64,000 bases of DNA from Candidatus Algichlamydia australiensis (GTDB lineage: Bacteria; Chlamydiota; Chlamydiia; Chlamydiales; JAJFMI01), in the NCBI GenBank assembly GCA_033977065.1, contig JAXCHI010000002.1, positions 160,001-224,000 of the forward strand, read 5' to 3'. Both the position numbers and the translations under genes were made by a program. The notes beneath the pieces were generated by a model. The model saw nothing but the letters and a program-made list of their open reading frames with translations. It searched no databases and had not been told where the DNA came from. The number at the start of each line of letters is the position of its first letter. Position 1 is the stretch's first letter. Shown here piece by piece: positions 30,703-40,457 of the stretch.

Positions 30703-32049
30703 TTGATTATGTTCTCTTATTTTAAAGATTTGTTTTACATTGATCAGATCTCAATATTGATGCTTGGGCTCCTCGCTTTTGTCGGCACTTGCATAGGTGC
30801 TTTTGCTCATCGTTATATGAAAGGCGATAGCCGTTATCTCTCGTTTTTCTCTTATCTCGTTCTTTTGCTTCTATCGATTGGGGTGATGGTAAGCGCTGAT
30901 CATATGATGCTCCTATTTTGTAGTTGGTGTATAAGCAATTTTATTTTAGCAAAACTTATGGTTCATAAAGCCAGTTGGAGGGCAGCAAAAAACTCCGGCA
31001 TGCTGGCTTTAAAAAATTTCCTTTTAGGGGCGGTCTGTGTCGGCAGTGGTCTATTTTTCCTTTATACTGGAACTGGTGAGGTTTCCATCAAAGCTGCAAT
31101 CCACACTAATTTAAAAAATAACTTTACAGATTTTGCTCTTTTTTTCTTGCTTTTAGGTGCAATGGCCCAATCTGCAATTTGGCCATTTCATCGCTGGTTG
31201 ATTAGCTCTCTTAATTCACCTACTCCTGTTTCAGCCATCATGCATGCTGGGCTTATCAATGGAGGAGGTTTTTTACTGGCACGTTTTGCCCCGCTTTATC
31301 TACAAACCCCGAATATGCTTACGCTAATTTTTGTAATAGGTATGGCTACAGCACTTATTGGCACACTATGGAAGTTAATGCAGCATGATGTAAAACGCAT
31401 GCTCGCTTGCTCGACAATGGGACAGATGGGGTTTATGTTAGCTCAGTGTGGTTTGGGTCTTTTTCCTGCTGCTATTGCTCACCTTTTGACACACGGTTTA
31501 TTTAAAGCCTTTCTTTTTCTTGGCAGTGATGGAGCAGTTTTTGAGAAGAGGCAAGACTTGAGCTGTAGTAGGAAGGGTTCTGTTTTTATTTGCGCACTAT
31601 TTTGTGGCTTGGTAGGCAGTTGTTGTTTTGCATTTACAAGCGGTAAATCTTGGTTTGCTGGTGATACAACACTCGTACTTATGGTGATTGCTCTGCTCAC
31701 TACGAGCCAAGCAGCACTAACAATTCTGGCGATGAAGATTCGTCATAGAATTTCTGTGGCATTGAGTGTTAGTAGTATAATGGGGTTAATCTACGGGCTA
31801 AGTGTGTACTCTCTATCAAAGATTTTAGAGCCCGCTGGACTCATGCAACCCATGCCAATCAACTATTTTCATATTGGGGGGATAACTCTTTTGGTAGCAT
31901 CATGGCTATCAATTGTTTTCCTCAATAAAAAGAGAGTACCAAAATTTTTAGAAGTTTGGACTCAAAGAGGGTATGTAGCTGCACTAAATGCAAGTCAGCC
32001 CCATCCAAGTACCATTACAACACACCGCAATCAATACAAGTATTTGTGA
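30703..32049 (+). CDS. dabB: DabB/MpsA-like membrane subunit (NuoL-like) of an inorganic carbon pump
   Basis: QSAIWPFHRWL, PTPVSAIMHAGLIN, STMGQMGFM, HGLFKAFLFL; directly upstream of a DUF2309 gene. Confidence 0.88.
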   Translation: MIMFSYFKDLFYIDQISILMLGLLAFVGTCIGAFAHRYMKGDSRYLSFFSYLVLLLLSIGVMVSADHMMLLFCSWCISNFILAKLMVHKASWRAAKNSGMLALKNFLLGAVCVGSGLFFLYTGTGEVSIKAAIHTNLKNNFTDFALFFLLLGAMAQSAIWPFHRWLISSLNSPTPVSAIMHAGLINGGGFLLARFAPLYLQTPNMLTLIFVIGMATALIGTLWKLMQHDVKRMLACSTMGQMGFMLAQCGLGLFPAAIAHLLTHGLFKAFLFLGSDGAVFEKRQDLSCSRKGSVFICALFCGLVGSCCFAFTSGKSWFAGDTTLVLMVIALLTTSQAALTILAMKIRHRISVALSVSSIMGLIYGLSVYSLSKILEPAGLMQPMPINYFHIGGITLLVASWLSIVFLNKKRVPKFLEVWTQRGYVAALNASQPHPSTITTHRNQYKYL

Positions 32050-32056
32050 GGGACTT

Positions 32057-34279
32057 ATGACAGTAGTAGCCACAGCAAAAGAAAAAAATAGTAGTTGCGA
32101 AACAGAAAGAAAAAAGTCATTTGCAGAGATTGTTGACCACTCATGGAGGATAATTGCTCCCTATTGGCCTCTAAAAAGCATCAATGCTGTTAATCCATTG
32201 CAAGGATTTGAGCACCTTTCAATTGAAGATGCATTCAGAGAAGGAACAGCCCACTTTAGACAGAAAGTACTCCCTAGCGCTATTGAAGCAGCAAATCGCG
32301 AAACGATCAAATGGTTGCAGGCCTATTTTGATGAGGGCCAAGCTACGATTAAAATGCCGTCAAAAAATAAGGGGTTGTTTGCGTCATGGAAAAGACTCGT
32401 CCCTTTCGATAAGCGAATCCATCAAAACGATAAAAAGAAAATTGATTTTCTAAACTCTCTTTCCGACTCTCCTGAGCATGCGCTTACACGCTCACTTCAA
32501 CTACTAAAAATCAGAGAAGAAGAGATTCTGCAGTTTTTAAAACTGGCTCTGAGCACAATGCCTGGCTGGCCTAGTTATATCAAATATCTAGCTGAGTGGT
32601 CCGATGCCAAAACTAAAGAGCAGAATTCCTCTCTAAAGACAGAATATTTGGCTATGAGAGTCGTAACTATCTATCTTCTTTGGCCAGAAGCAAGAGAGTT
32701 GTTAGAATGGAATAAACAGGCAATAAAAAATACCCTACTATTAGAAACTCCTTTTAAGGAAATGAATAAGATTGAAAAATCTTATCGCCATCAGCTAATA
32801 AAAAAGCTGGCATCGCAAAAACTTAAATCAAGAGCTACTCCACTGGCACAGCTTGTGTTTTGTATAGATGTACGCTCAGAGCCATTTCGTCGCGCTATTG
32901 AATCTGCTGGAGGATATGAAACTTTTGGCTTTGCTGGTTTTTTTGGTGTTCCAGTTCGAATCAAAGATGAGACAACAGGGGAGGCTTACTCTTCTTGTCC
33001 CGTCTTATTGTCTCCTAAGCATGAGGTTGTTGAATCTCCCTGTTGTTCAAGTGTAAAACAAGAGGATCACAAAAAAGGTCATGAACGTTTTCTATTAATT
33101 CAAAAAATTTATCAATCGATTAAGTACACTTTTTCTGCGCCATTTGCGATGGTAGAGGGGCTAGGAATTGCTAGTGGAATTTGGATAGGGTTACGTACAC
33201 TGGCACCAAGTCTTGCGTCTCGCTTAAAAAAAGCTGCGAAAAACTCGATTCAGGAGAAGGTGCAAATGCAACCCTCCTTAAAGGAGATCTCTTTTGAACA
33301 GCAGTGTGCTTATGCTGAAAATGCGTTGAGAATGATGGGGCTTACAGATCACTTTGCCCCTTTAGTAGTTTTTTGTGGACACGGATGCGCAACTGAGAAC
33401 AATGCGTACGCTTCGTCTCTTGATTGTGGTGCGTGTGGAGGAAAAGCGGGGGGGAGTAATGCAAGAGTTTTGGCGATGATGCTCAATTCTACTAAAGTAA
33501 GAGGGCATCTTGCTAATTCAGGGATAAATATTCCTGAAACCACTAAATTTATTGGGGCCGAGCATAATACGACTACAGATGAATTGGTCCTCAATTGTGA
33601 TGAGCATTCTGAGCGAACGGAAAAGTTGAAAAATGATTTGAAAAGAGCGCAGGAGATAAATAGTCTATTTAGGCTTAAAAAAATGAAGCCAGCTTCTCGT
33701 TTTTCAGCTCCTCACCGGCACACTTTGCGGCGATCACGTGACTGGGCAGAAGTACGTCCTGAATGGGGATTAGCAAAAAATGCGGCATTCATTATTGGAC
33801 CTCGTAGCTTGACGCAATCACTCGATCTTGAAGGAAGGTGCTTTTTGCATTCATACGATTATGCTCAAGATCAGAGCGGAAAGTTTCTCGAGTCGATACT
33901 AACAGCTCCTATGATTGTCACGCAATGGATCAACTCTCAATATCTCTTCTCGACGCTTGACAATGTATCATTTGGAGGGGGGAGCAAAATTACAAAAAAT
34001 ATTACTGGCAAAATTGGAATTATGCAGGGAAATGCGAGTGATTTAATGACGGGCCTGCCACTTCAATCGGTTTATTCAAGTGACAAGAGCTCTTACCATG
34101 TGCCTCAAAGATTGATGACAGTTGTTTACGCTCCAAGAGAGAGATTAGATTCCATCATTGAGTCCCATGAGGTGTTGAAAAAACTATTCGGCAATGGTTG
34201 GGTAGAGCTTGTCTCTATTTCACCTGAAACTCATGAAGCCAACTTGCTTAAGAGAGATTTCACGTGGGAAAAAGTCTGA
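32057..34279 (+). CDS. dabA: DabA/MpsB (DUF2309) beta-carbonic-anhydrase-like subunit
   Basis: FCIDVRSE, GHG, LDCGACGG Zn ligands; RPEWGLA; FLHSY. Confidence 0.92.
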   Translation: MTVVATAKEKNSSCETERKKSFAEIVDHSWRIIAPYWPLKSINAVNPLQGFEHLSIEDAFREGTAHFRQKVLPSAIEAANRETIKWLQAYFDEGQATIKMPSKNKGLFASWKRLVPFDKRIHQNDKKKIDFLNSLSDSPEHALTRSLQLLKIREEEILQFLKLALSTMPGWPSYIKYLAEWSDAKTKEQNSSLKTEYLAMRVVTIYLLWPEARELLEWNKQAIKNTLLLETPFKEMNKIEKSYRHQLIKKLASQKLKSRATPLAQLVFCIDVRSEPFRRAIESAGGYETFGFAGFFGVPVRIKDETTGEAYSSCPVLLSPKHEVVESPCCSSVKQEDHKKGHERFLLIQKIYQSIKYTFSAPFAMVEGLGIASGIWIGLRTLAPSLASRLKKAAKNSIQEKVQMQPSLKEISFEQQCAYAENALRMMGLTDHFAPLVVFCGHGCATENNAYASSLDCGACGGKAGGSNARVLAMMLNSTKVRGHLANSGINIPETTKFIGAEHNTTTDELVLNCDEHSERTEKLKNDLKRAQEINSLFRLKKMKPASRFSAPHRHTLRRSRDWAEVRPEWGLAKNAAFIIGPRSLTQSLDLEGRCFLHSYDYAQDQSGKFLESILTAPMIVTQWINSQYLFSTLDNVSFGGGSKITKNITGKIGIMQGNASDLMTGLPLQSVYSSDKSSYHVPQRLMTVVYAPRERLDSIIESHEVLKKLFGNGWVELVSISPETHEANLLKRDFTWEKV

Positions 34280-34354
34280 TTTTTTCAGGCATTTTACAAT
34301 CTCAAATACATCTCGACTTATTGCTATTTTTAATATAACTTGAGTTATTAAGAA

Positions 34355-34984
34355 ATGGAAATATTTGATATCACTTTGACTCTATCTAAAACTGTTCCAG
34401 TGTGGCCAGGTAGTAAGCAACCTGAGTTTGATCAAGTTTTAAATATAAAAAATGGAGATCCTGTAAATGTGACAAATATGAGTATGTCTGTTCATACAGG
34501 CACGCACGTTGACGCTCCTTGTCACTTTGTAAAAGAAGGAGCCTCGGTAGAAGAGCTTCCTTTAGATATTTTAACAGGAGAAGCTGTTGTAATCGAGCTG
34601 CTGGACCACTCTACTCTCACAAAGAAAATATTACAAAATGCGCAAATTCCACCAAAGACATCTCGACTTTTAATAAAAACACGAAATTCTGACCATTGGA
34701 AACGAGAACCAACTGAGTTTGACCAAACATTTGTTGCGCTAAGTTTAGAAGGGGCTAAATTTTTAGTTGAGCGGGGGATTCAACTAATTGGTGTTGATTA
34801 TCTTTCTGTAGCAACTTTTAACGAACTTGCTTCTGTCCATAAACTCCTTTTTGAGGCGAGTGTAGTTGTCGTTGAGGGGTTGGATCTTTCAAAAATTGCA
34901 CCTGGTAAATATAACTTTTGCTGTTTGCCCCTTAAAATTGCAGGGGCGGATGGTGCTCCAGCACGGGCTATTTTATCTAAATAA
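34355..34984 (+). CDS. Cyclase family protein (KynB-like)
   Basis: HTGTHVDAPCHF, GVDYLS, DGAPARA. Confidence 0.92.
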   Translation: MEIFDITLTLSKTVPVWPGSKQPEFDQVLNIKNGDPVNVTNMSMSVHTGTHVDAPCHFVKEGASVEELPLDILTGEAVVIELLDHSTLTKKILQNAQIPPKTSRLLIKTRNSDHWKREPTEFDQTFVALSLEGAKFLVERGIQLIGVDYLSVATFNELASVHKLLFEASVVVVEGLDLSKIAPGKYNFCCLPLKIAGADGAPARAILSK

Positions 34985-35096
34985 TCTCTGTACCAGACAA
35001 AAATTCCCTGAAGGATGTTTAATAACTATTTAATAAAGAATGGCTTGCGCTCATATTCTTGACAGGGAAACGCCCCTGTTCTAAACTTTATTCCGT

Positions 35097-36281
35097 ATGA
35101 AGTTCAAAATCGTACTTTTTTTGATGTTTAGATCACTTTTTGCAGAGCAGTCTCTTCTTCTTCTAAATGATACGTCTGAGTGCTATCACTGGGGCTGTAC
35201 AGGAACATCTCAGGCAATGAGAGAGGAGATCCAAGAAATAGGATACGCGCTTGAATCCATTTCTATTCTTGATCTACGCAATTTAGAAGGGGTTCCTTCC
35301 TCTTTTTCTCTCTTTGATGAGAAAGAAAAATTTCAGCTTTTTAAGCAAAGTAATCCCTCTCTATGCGAGCGATTAAAAAAGTCAGACATAGTAGTCATTA
35401 ACGGAGAAGGTTCCATCCATATGATGCGCCCACTTCCTCGCGCTCTTCTCTACGTTGCCTACATCTCCAAAAAGTTTTTTGGTAAACATACCGAAATTAT
35501 TAACCACTCCTGCTTTCCAGAGGATTGTTTAAAAGTAGATGACGAAGAGACAAGAGATCTCTATGCAGGTGTATATAAAACTGTAGATTATGTTTGTGTG
35601 CGAGAACCTTTGAGTCGGACTGTCTTAAATTCTCTTGGTGTAGAGAAGGTTGATGAAAGTTTTGACTCGCTGCCTCTCTATATCAGAAAACACTATACAG
35701 TCCCACAAAAGGCAGCAAGCAACACGATCGTACTCGCGGGATCTGTTGATTGGAAAGAAGAGGGGATGAAGATCGTTGTCCAAGAGTTAAAAAAATTAGA
35801 AGAGCAAGGCTACAAAATTCAAGTTTTAGTAGGAGCAAAAGATCGTCCTGCCTATGACGACAAGTTGTTTGTTGAATTTTTAAGCGATGAGCTAAAAAGT
35901 GGATGGGAGCTCATCGATGCTAAATCACTTGATGAATGGCTCGGTGCAATTGCAAATGCGGATTTACTTGTCTCAGGCCGCTTTCATCACACGATCGCTG
36001 CAATCTGTTTAAAAACACCTTTTGTGGTTCTCAACTCCAATACACCAAAAATTGAAGGCATGCTCTCTATTATGCCAAATCGACATGTAGAGGTGTTGCA
36101 GTACCTAGATCCTGATCTTGAAACAAAAATTCAGAATAGTATCGATGCAGCATTTCAGATGTCAGAAGAGACTTTTCCAACCTTGGAAATCATTTGTGAA
36201 AAAGCCCAAAAAAAGTTTTCAAATTTGCAGTCTTACGAAAAATGTGGTTGGCAGAAGCAAAAGCACTTTCAGTCGGATTAG
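35097..36281 (+). CDS. Polysaccharide pyruvyl transferase family protein
   Basis: NGEGSIH, VREPLS, SGRFHHTIAA. Confidence 0.8.
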   Translation: MKFKIVLFLMFRSLFAEQSLLLLNDTSECYHWGCTGTSQAMREEIQEIGYALESISILDLRNLEGVPSSFSLFDEKEKFQLFKQSNPSLCERLKKSDIVVINGEGSIHMMRPLPRALLYVAYISKKFFGKHTEIINHSCFPEDCLKVDDEETRDLYAGVYKTVDYVCVREPLSRTVLNSLGVEKVDESFDSLPLYIRKHYTVPQKAASNTIVLAGSVDWKEEGMKIVVQELKKLEEQGYKIQVLVGAKDRPAYDDKLFVEFLSDELKSGWELIDAKSLDEWLGAIANADLLVSGRFHHTIAAICLKTPFVVLNSNTPKIEGMLSIMPNRHVEVLQYLDPDLETKIQNSIDAAFQMSEETFPTLEIICEKAQKKFSNLQSYEKCGWQKQKHFQSD

Positions 36282-36707
36282 GAAGCAGGGGAATCTCAGT
36301 AAATACGGTAAGTTTAGGCGGGGTGTGGACAGAGAAGCTTGCAGAAAAGATGGAAAAAGAGTCGCAAGACTCTGGAGAATCTGTAGAAAAGCTGCGCGTA
36401 AATCGCGTGCAAAATATTCCTCTAAAAAAATATGCCGAGCTATCTGAAGTGGCAAGTGTTGTAGAGCAAATGTTAGGGGATTTGACAAGCCATCTTACTA
36501 GGCAAAATTTAGATAGCGTCGTCAAAAGCATACAACCATCTTATTTTTCATGTTTGGGCTCCATTTTTGTGCTCAAATGAAGCGGAATTTACAAATTCAG
36601 CTTCAATTTCCGCACAAAAATAAGCTGCAAACATGAAAAATAATCTGATTATAGCCTTTTGACGACACTATCTAGTTCTAGATGGAGGGTTTACCTCAGC
36701 TTATTAG
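36242..36707 (+). pseudogene. SDR oxidoreductase C-terminal fragment interrupted by element A2
   Basis: RGISVNTVSLG...IPLKK...HLTRQNL, then element, then VLDGGFTSAY*. Confidence 0.85.
36512..36672. mobile_element. Fold-back element, family A copy 2 (161 bp) with TA duplication
   Basis: Removing the element and one TA restores caa aat tta gtt cta gat gga (QNLVLDG). Confidence 0.93.
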
Positions 36708-36730
36708 AGAAGACACTCTCTAAACGGCTC

Positions 36731-36796
36731 ATCAAAATAACCTTTTCTAGAATTTTTCGACCGAGATAGCGGTGTATGAGTGATTCAGTGTTTCCA
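36731..36796. repeat. One arm of a family C element (reverse orientation)
   Basis: Matches the reverse complement of the C1 left arm and ends in TA. Confidence 0.8.
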
Positions 36797-36900
36797 TAAG
36801 AGAAATAGGGGAGTAACTTAGGTATTTGCCTCAAGTAAACTTCCTTGCAGTAAACTCTTTATTGCTACATCATTCAATTTGAATTTTGTCGGAGGTTCCC

Positions 36901-38814
36901 ATGAAAAGTTTCACCCTTTTCCTCTGTTTTAAGATCATATTTCTACAAGGAGTTGCTACAGCCGCTTGTCCTGCAGCGATTCCGCCTCTTCCACAGCTGC
37001 CTGTACCCGCTATTGTGCCTCCACCTGTTGCAACATGTCCCACACCTACACCAGCGACAGTATCCGGTTATTTGCCCATTACCTTTGTAAACAATACAGG
37101 TTTGCCTGCATCTGAAATTTTTATTGCCGTTCTTGTTAATTCTAGTACGCAGTTCCTCTCGTTTAGTGGGGCAACTCAGAAACTAGCCACAATTACAGAT
37201 TTTACCCCAACAACGTATCTCTCCTCATCGGCATACACAAGTACTTTAGATTCATTTGAGATGATCGCTGCCGATACATATACTTTCTACATTCCAAATG
37301 ATGGAAATAGCAGTGTACCGAATAGCAATGTAATGAAATCTTCTAGAATTTTAATTTCATTGAAGGAGCCCCTCACTTATTTTATAAATAATCTTGGAGT
37401 GCTGCAGCTGCCTACAGATACGGTGGCAACAAACGACAACTACTTTGTCTTGAATGATAAAGTAGAATTTGATCTGGGCAGTAACGGTTTTAATCGTTTA
37501 AATTTAAATCTTACAGGCGTCGATTTTTTTGGCCTCCCGCTGCTAGTTCAAGCAAATTATAAATTTTTGAATGGCACTACATTTACTGACGCCTGCGGTG
37601 TTACAGGGATGCCTACGGGAGTGACCTTTTCCGATGTATTTACAGAGTACTCCTCTTCTCTTGCCTCTCTTCAAACTCCCTTTGATCAATATTGGAAAGA
37701 GGTTGTAGCTACCTACAGTAATCCCCCTTCATCGGGAGGTGATCTTTGTAATCTTCGTATTTTTGCACCTGCTACTGCAATGGGCAGCACACAAACGCAA
37801 TCTAATCCTAGCAGAGTTACTTTTCCGATAAATTACTTTTTAAACTCTGTTGCAAATCCTAAGAATTGCACCTGGTTCAATGCAGTTTGGAGTGGCAAAA
37901 CAGAGTCTGGAGTTGAAGCTTTTTACGAGAGAAAAAAACCAAAACCCTATCTTGTTCTTGACGCGACTACAGAGGCGGGTTCTGCCACCGCAAAAGGGTA
38001 TGAAATTGGAGATAAAAGTTTCCGTTTTGAAATTATTGGTGGTGCAGACGCAGGGAAAACGATCACAATCCCGCTTCCCACAAGCACAAAAGCATTTTTT
38101 ACTGGTGCGGTTAGCGATTATAAACCTGCAATTATAAGTAGTGCATCTGCAGCAACAAACAATCAAGTTTTTAAAGTTTTTGCTACCTCCATTATTTCGG
38201 GGATTATTCCAATTGATTGTAAACATCCTGATCAAATTACAATCAATGGGGCCTATGTACAAGAGCAGTCGGCCGATTACTTTGAAAATAATGCAATTTT
38301 AACAAAAGCATTGAACGGCTGCGACTGTGTTGCAAATGTACCCTGGTATGATTTTTACTCGAGAACACTGCTCACAATCGGAACACCAAACATTTTTTAT
38401 ACCTCTGCTTACTCCGATTTCTTAGGGACCGATGGTACAATTGTTATCGTCAATCTTGATACAGATAATTCAGCAGCAAATATTACAATCAACCTCAATG
38501 ATTGTACAACTGGTGTGAATTTCCCCGAGCCTTTCTCTGATACGGATACGTATGATATTACAGTGGGAATTCCTGCGAATACTACCGTGCGTTTTGGCAC
38601 TTCAATATCGGGTCCTTTTGGAGCGATTCCTGCAACAGCAGACGGAGATGAGTTTTTTTTAGAGGTGACCTACAACTCAGGTGTGTATAGTGGGCAAACA
38701 TTTGTTACGCAAATTGCCCCCTTAGCACAAATATTTCATCCTGTACTCCCAGGAGAAGGAGTGGTGACAACAACAGGAACAGAGACAACAGTAACCATAG
38801 GAGCCAGTCCATGA
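36901..38814 (+). CDS. Exported GH64-like (beta-1,3-glucanase/thaumatin fold) protein
   Basis: Signal peptide, Pro-rich linker, LPITFVNNTG, SSRILIS, KVEFD...TGVDFFGLP, RIFAP, YTSAYSD. Confidence 0.62.
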   Translation: MKSFTLFLCFKIIFLQGVATAACPAAIPPLPQLPVPAIVPPPVATCPTPTPATVSGYLPITFVNNTGLPASEIFIAVLVNSSTQFLSFSGATQKLATITDFTPTTYLSSSAYTSTLDSFEMIAADTYTFYIPNDGNSSVPNSNVMKSSRILISLKEPLTYFINNLGVLQLPTDTVATNDNYFVLNDKVEFDLGSNGFNRLNLNLTGVDFFGLPLLVQANYKFLNGTTFTDACGVTGMPTGVTFSDVFTEYSSSLASLQTPFDQYWKEVVATYSNPPSSGGDLCNLRIFAPATAMGSTQTQSNPSRVTFPINYFLNSVANPKNCTWFNAVWSGKTESGVEAFYERKKPKPYLVLDATTEAGSATAKGYEIGDKSFRFEIIGGADAGKTITIPLPTSTKAFFTGAVSDYKPAIISSASAATNNQVFKVFATSIISGIIPIDCKHPDQITINGAYVQEQSADYFENNAILTKALNGCDCVANVPWYDFYSRTLLTIGTPNIFYTSAYSDFLGTDGTIVIVNLDTDNSAANITINLNDCTTGVNFPEPFSDTDTYDITVGIPANTTVRFGTSISGPFGAIPATADGDEFFLEVTYNSGVYSGQTFVTQIAPLAQIFHPVLPGEGVVTTTGTETTVTIGASP

Positions 38815-39866
38815 AAATCAAAACACTTATATTTCTCCTTGCGATAGCATTTGTCATGGCAGATCAACTACCAGCTACATCTTGCGATGTGGGTTGCCCC
38901 CCACCAAAATATGAACCTCCTTGCTGTGATGAACAGGGAGCTTATAAATATTTTGCTTCCGTAAGCTATCTTTACTGGCAGCCTCTTCAGGAAAATATGA
39001 TTTTAGGAGTGGTTTCTGATAACGCAAACGCTCTTGATCTTGTGAATGGAAATGAAGTCGATTTGGACTTTAAGTATAAGCCTGGATTCAAAATTTGCTT
39101 AGGGATGGATCTCGATTATGATGGCTGGGATACTTCTCTTGAGTATACCTGGTTTAGGGCAACAGCCGATGTGCAAGTCAACTTAGATCCCAATAATATT
39201 CCCAAAAAACTCTTTCCTGCATGGCAAATCCCCAGTTTTTTGAATCCCCAATACAACTTTGGATCGGAAAAGTGGACGCTGCAGATGCACCTAATTGATT
39301 GGGACTTGGCGCGCATGCATGCCATCGGACCAAGGCTCTGTTTCAAACCTTTTATTGGTTTGCGATTTGCCATCATTGATCAGGATCTTGATATTGACTA
39401 CGTCAACACCAATCCCGCAGATTTTTTTATCTTTCCCTCAACGCATATTGATCTCTCATCCGATTCTTGGGGGATCGGTCCGCGTGTTGGACTCTTTACA
39501 AATTGGGTACTTGGCAAAGGTTGGCGTTTGTATGGCAATGGGGGGTTAGATATTCTCTATACGCAATATGATTTGGAAAGCGAGCAAAACACAGAGGTGG
39601 CTGTTGCCAATCGCATTATTGTAAATCACGATAATGCCAATTACTTGAGAACGCACCTCGATCTAAACCTAGGATTTGGATGGGGCAGAGGCTTCTCCTG
39701 TGATCGCTACTATGTTGATCTCTCCGCAGACTACGGCGTTCAAGTCTTCTTTGACCAGAATATGTTGCGAACCGCTGTAAGCGCGCAATCGATCGGAAGA
39801 AGTTTTTTACCTAACGGAAATCTTTATGTCCATGGACTGATTGTTAACCTTCGCGTAGGATTTTGA
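38811..39866 (+). CDS. Lpg1974/Legionella-MOMP-like outer membrane beta-barrel
   Basis: Signal peptide, YLYWQP, FKYKPGFK, DGWD, WGIGPRVG, terminal LRVGF. Confidence 0.85.
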   Translation: MKIKTLIFLLAIAFVMADQLPATSCDVGCPPPKYEPPCCDEQGAYKYFASVSYLYWQPLQENMILGVVSDNANALDLVNGNEVDLDFKYKPGFKICLGMDLDYDGWDTSLEYTWFRATADVQVNLDPNNIPKKLFPAWQIPSFLNPQYNFGSEKWTLQMHLIDWDLARMHAIGPRLCFKPFIGLRFAIIDQDLDIDYVNTNPADFFIFPSTHIDLSSDSWGIGPRVGLFTNWVLGKGWRLYGNGGLDILYTQYDLESEQNTEVAVANRIIVNHDNANYLRTHLDLNLGFGWGRGFSCDRYYVDLSADYGVQVFFDQNMLRTAVSAQSIGRSFLPNGNLYVHGLIVNLRVGF

Positions 39867-40019
39867 AGGAGAAATATGCGTAAATATCATCATTATGGAT
39901 TTCGACCACTGAGAAACGGGACGACGAAGCCCTTGTAGAGACCGAATTGGAGTAATCAAGATCCCTGATCTCATATTGCCAGGGGCAATTTTTTTCTAAG
40001 TCACTTTTGAGAGATTATT

Positions 40020-40367
40020 TCAAAAATCTTCTACTGTTGTGGCTGAAATGGAAATCTCATCACCTTTTTTGATATCGCAAAGAGCAATATTTGCTTCCTT
40101 TTCCATGTCTGAAGCAACATTTGGTTTATCTGATCGGTTCACATGTCTTTCGGGATCAGGGTAGAAAAAAATAGAACCTTCACGTTTATGGCAAAAATTT
40201 TTCTTTTCATACTCCGGAAGGGTGTTGTACTCTCTCTCTGTTAGGACCTTTAAATTCCATTTGATCACAACTTCGCCCTTTTTGAAGTTTTTGCAAGCGA
40301 ATACCCCTAAGCCGTCGTCAAATTGCCCTATTTCAGATGTTTTTACCTCAACGGTTTCAAAATACAT
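40020..40367 (-). CDS. Small SET-domain protein
   Basis: GLGVFACKNFKKGE, HVNRSDKPN, ALCDIKKGDEI. Confidence 0.8.
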   Translation of the reverse strand: MYFETVEVKTSEIGQFDDGLGVFACKNFKKGEVVIKWNLKVLTEREYNTLPEYEKKNFCHKREGSIFFYPDPERHVNRSDKPNVASDMEKEANIALCDIKKGDEISISATTVEDF

Positions 40368-40457
40368 TGAGTTCCTCCTCTTTTTTTCAGAAATCTGTTA
40401 TATTTAGGAGCTTCCATACTATTTATATATTAAAGCTAAATTCAGTACGAGTAACCT

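Noticed and set aside
39877..39990. Short decayed coding remnant (MRKYHHYG...)
   Set aside because: Has an RBS and looks like a frameshifted gene start, but is too short to assign.
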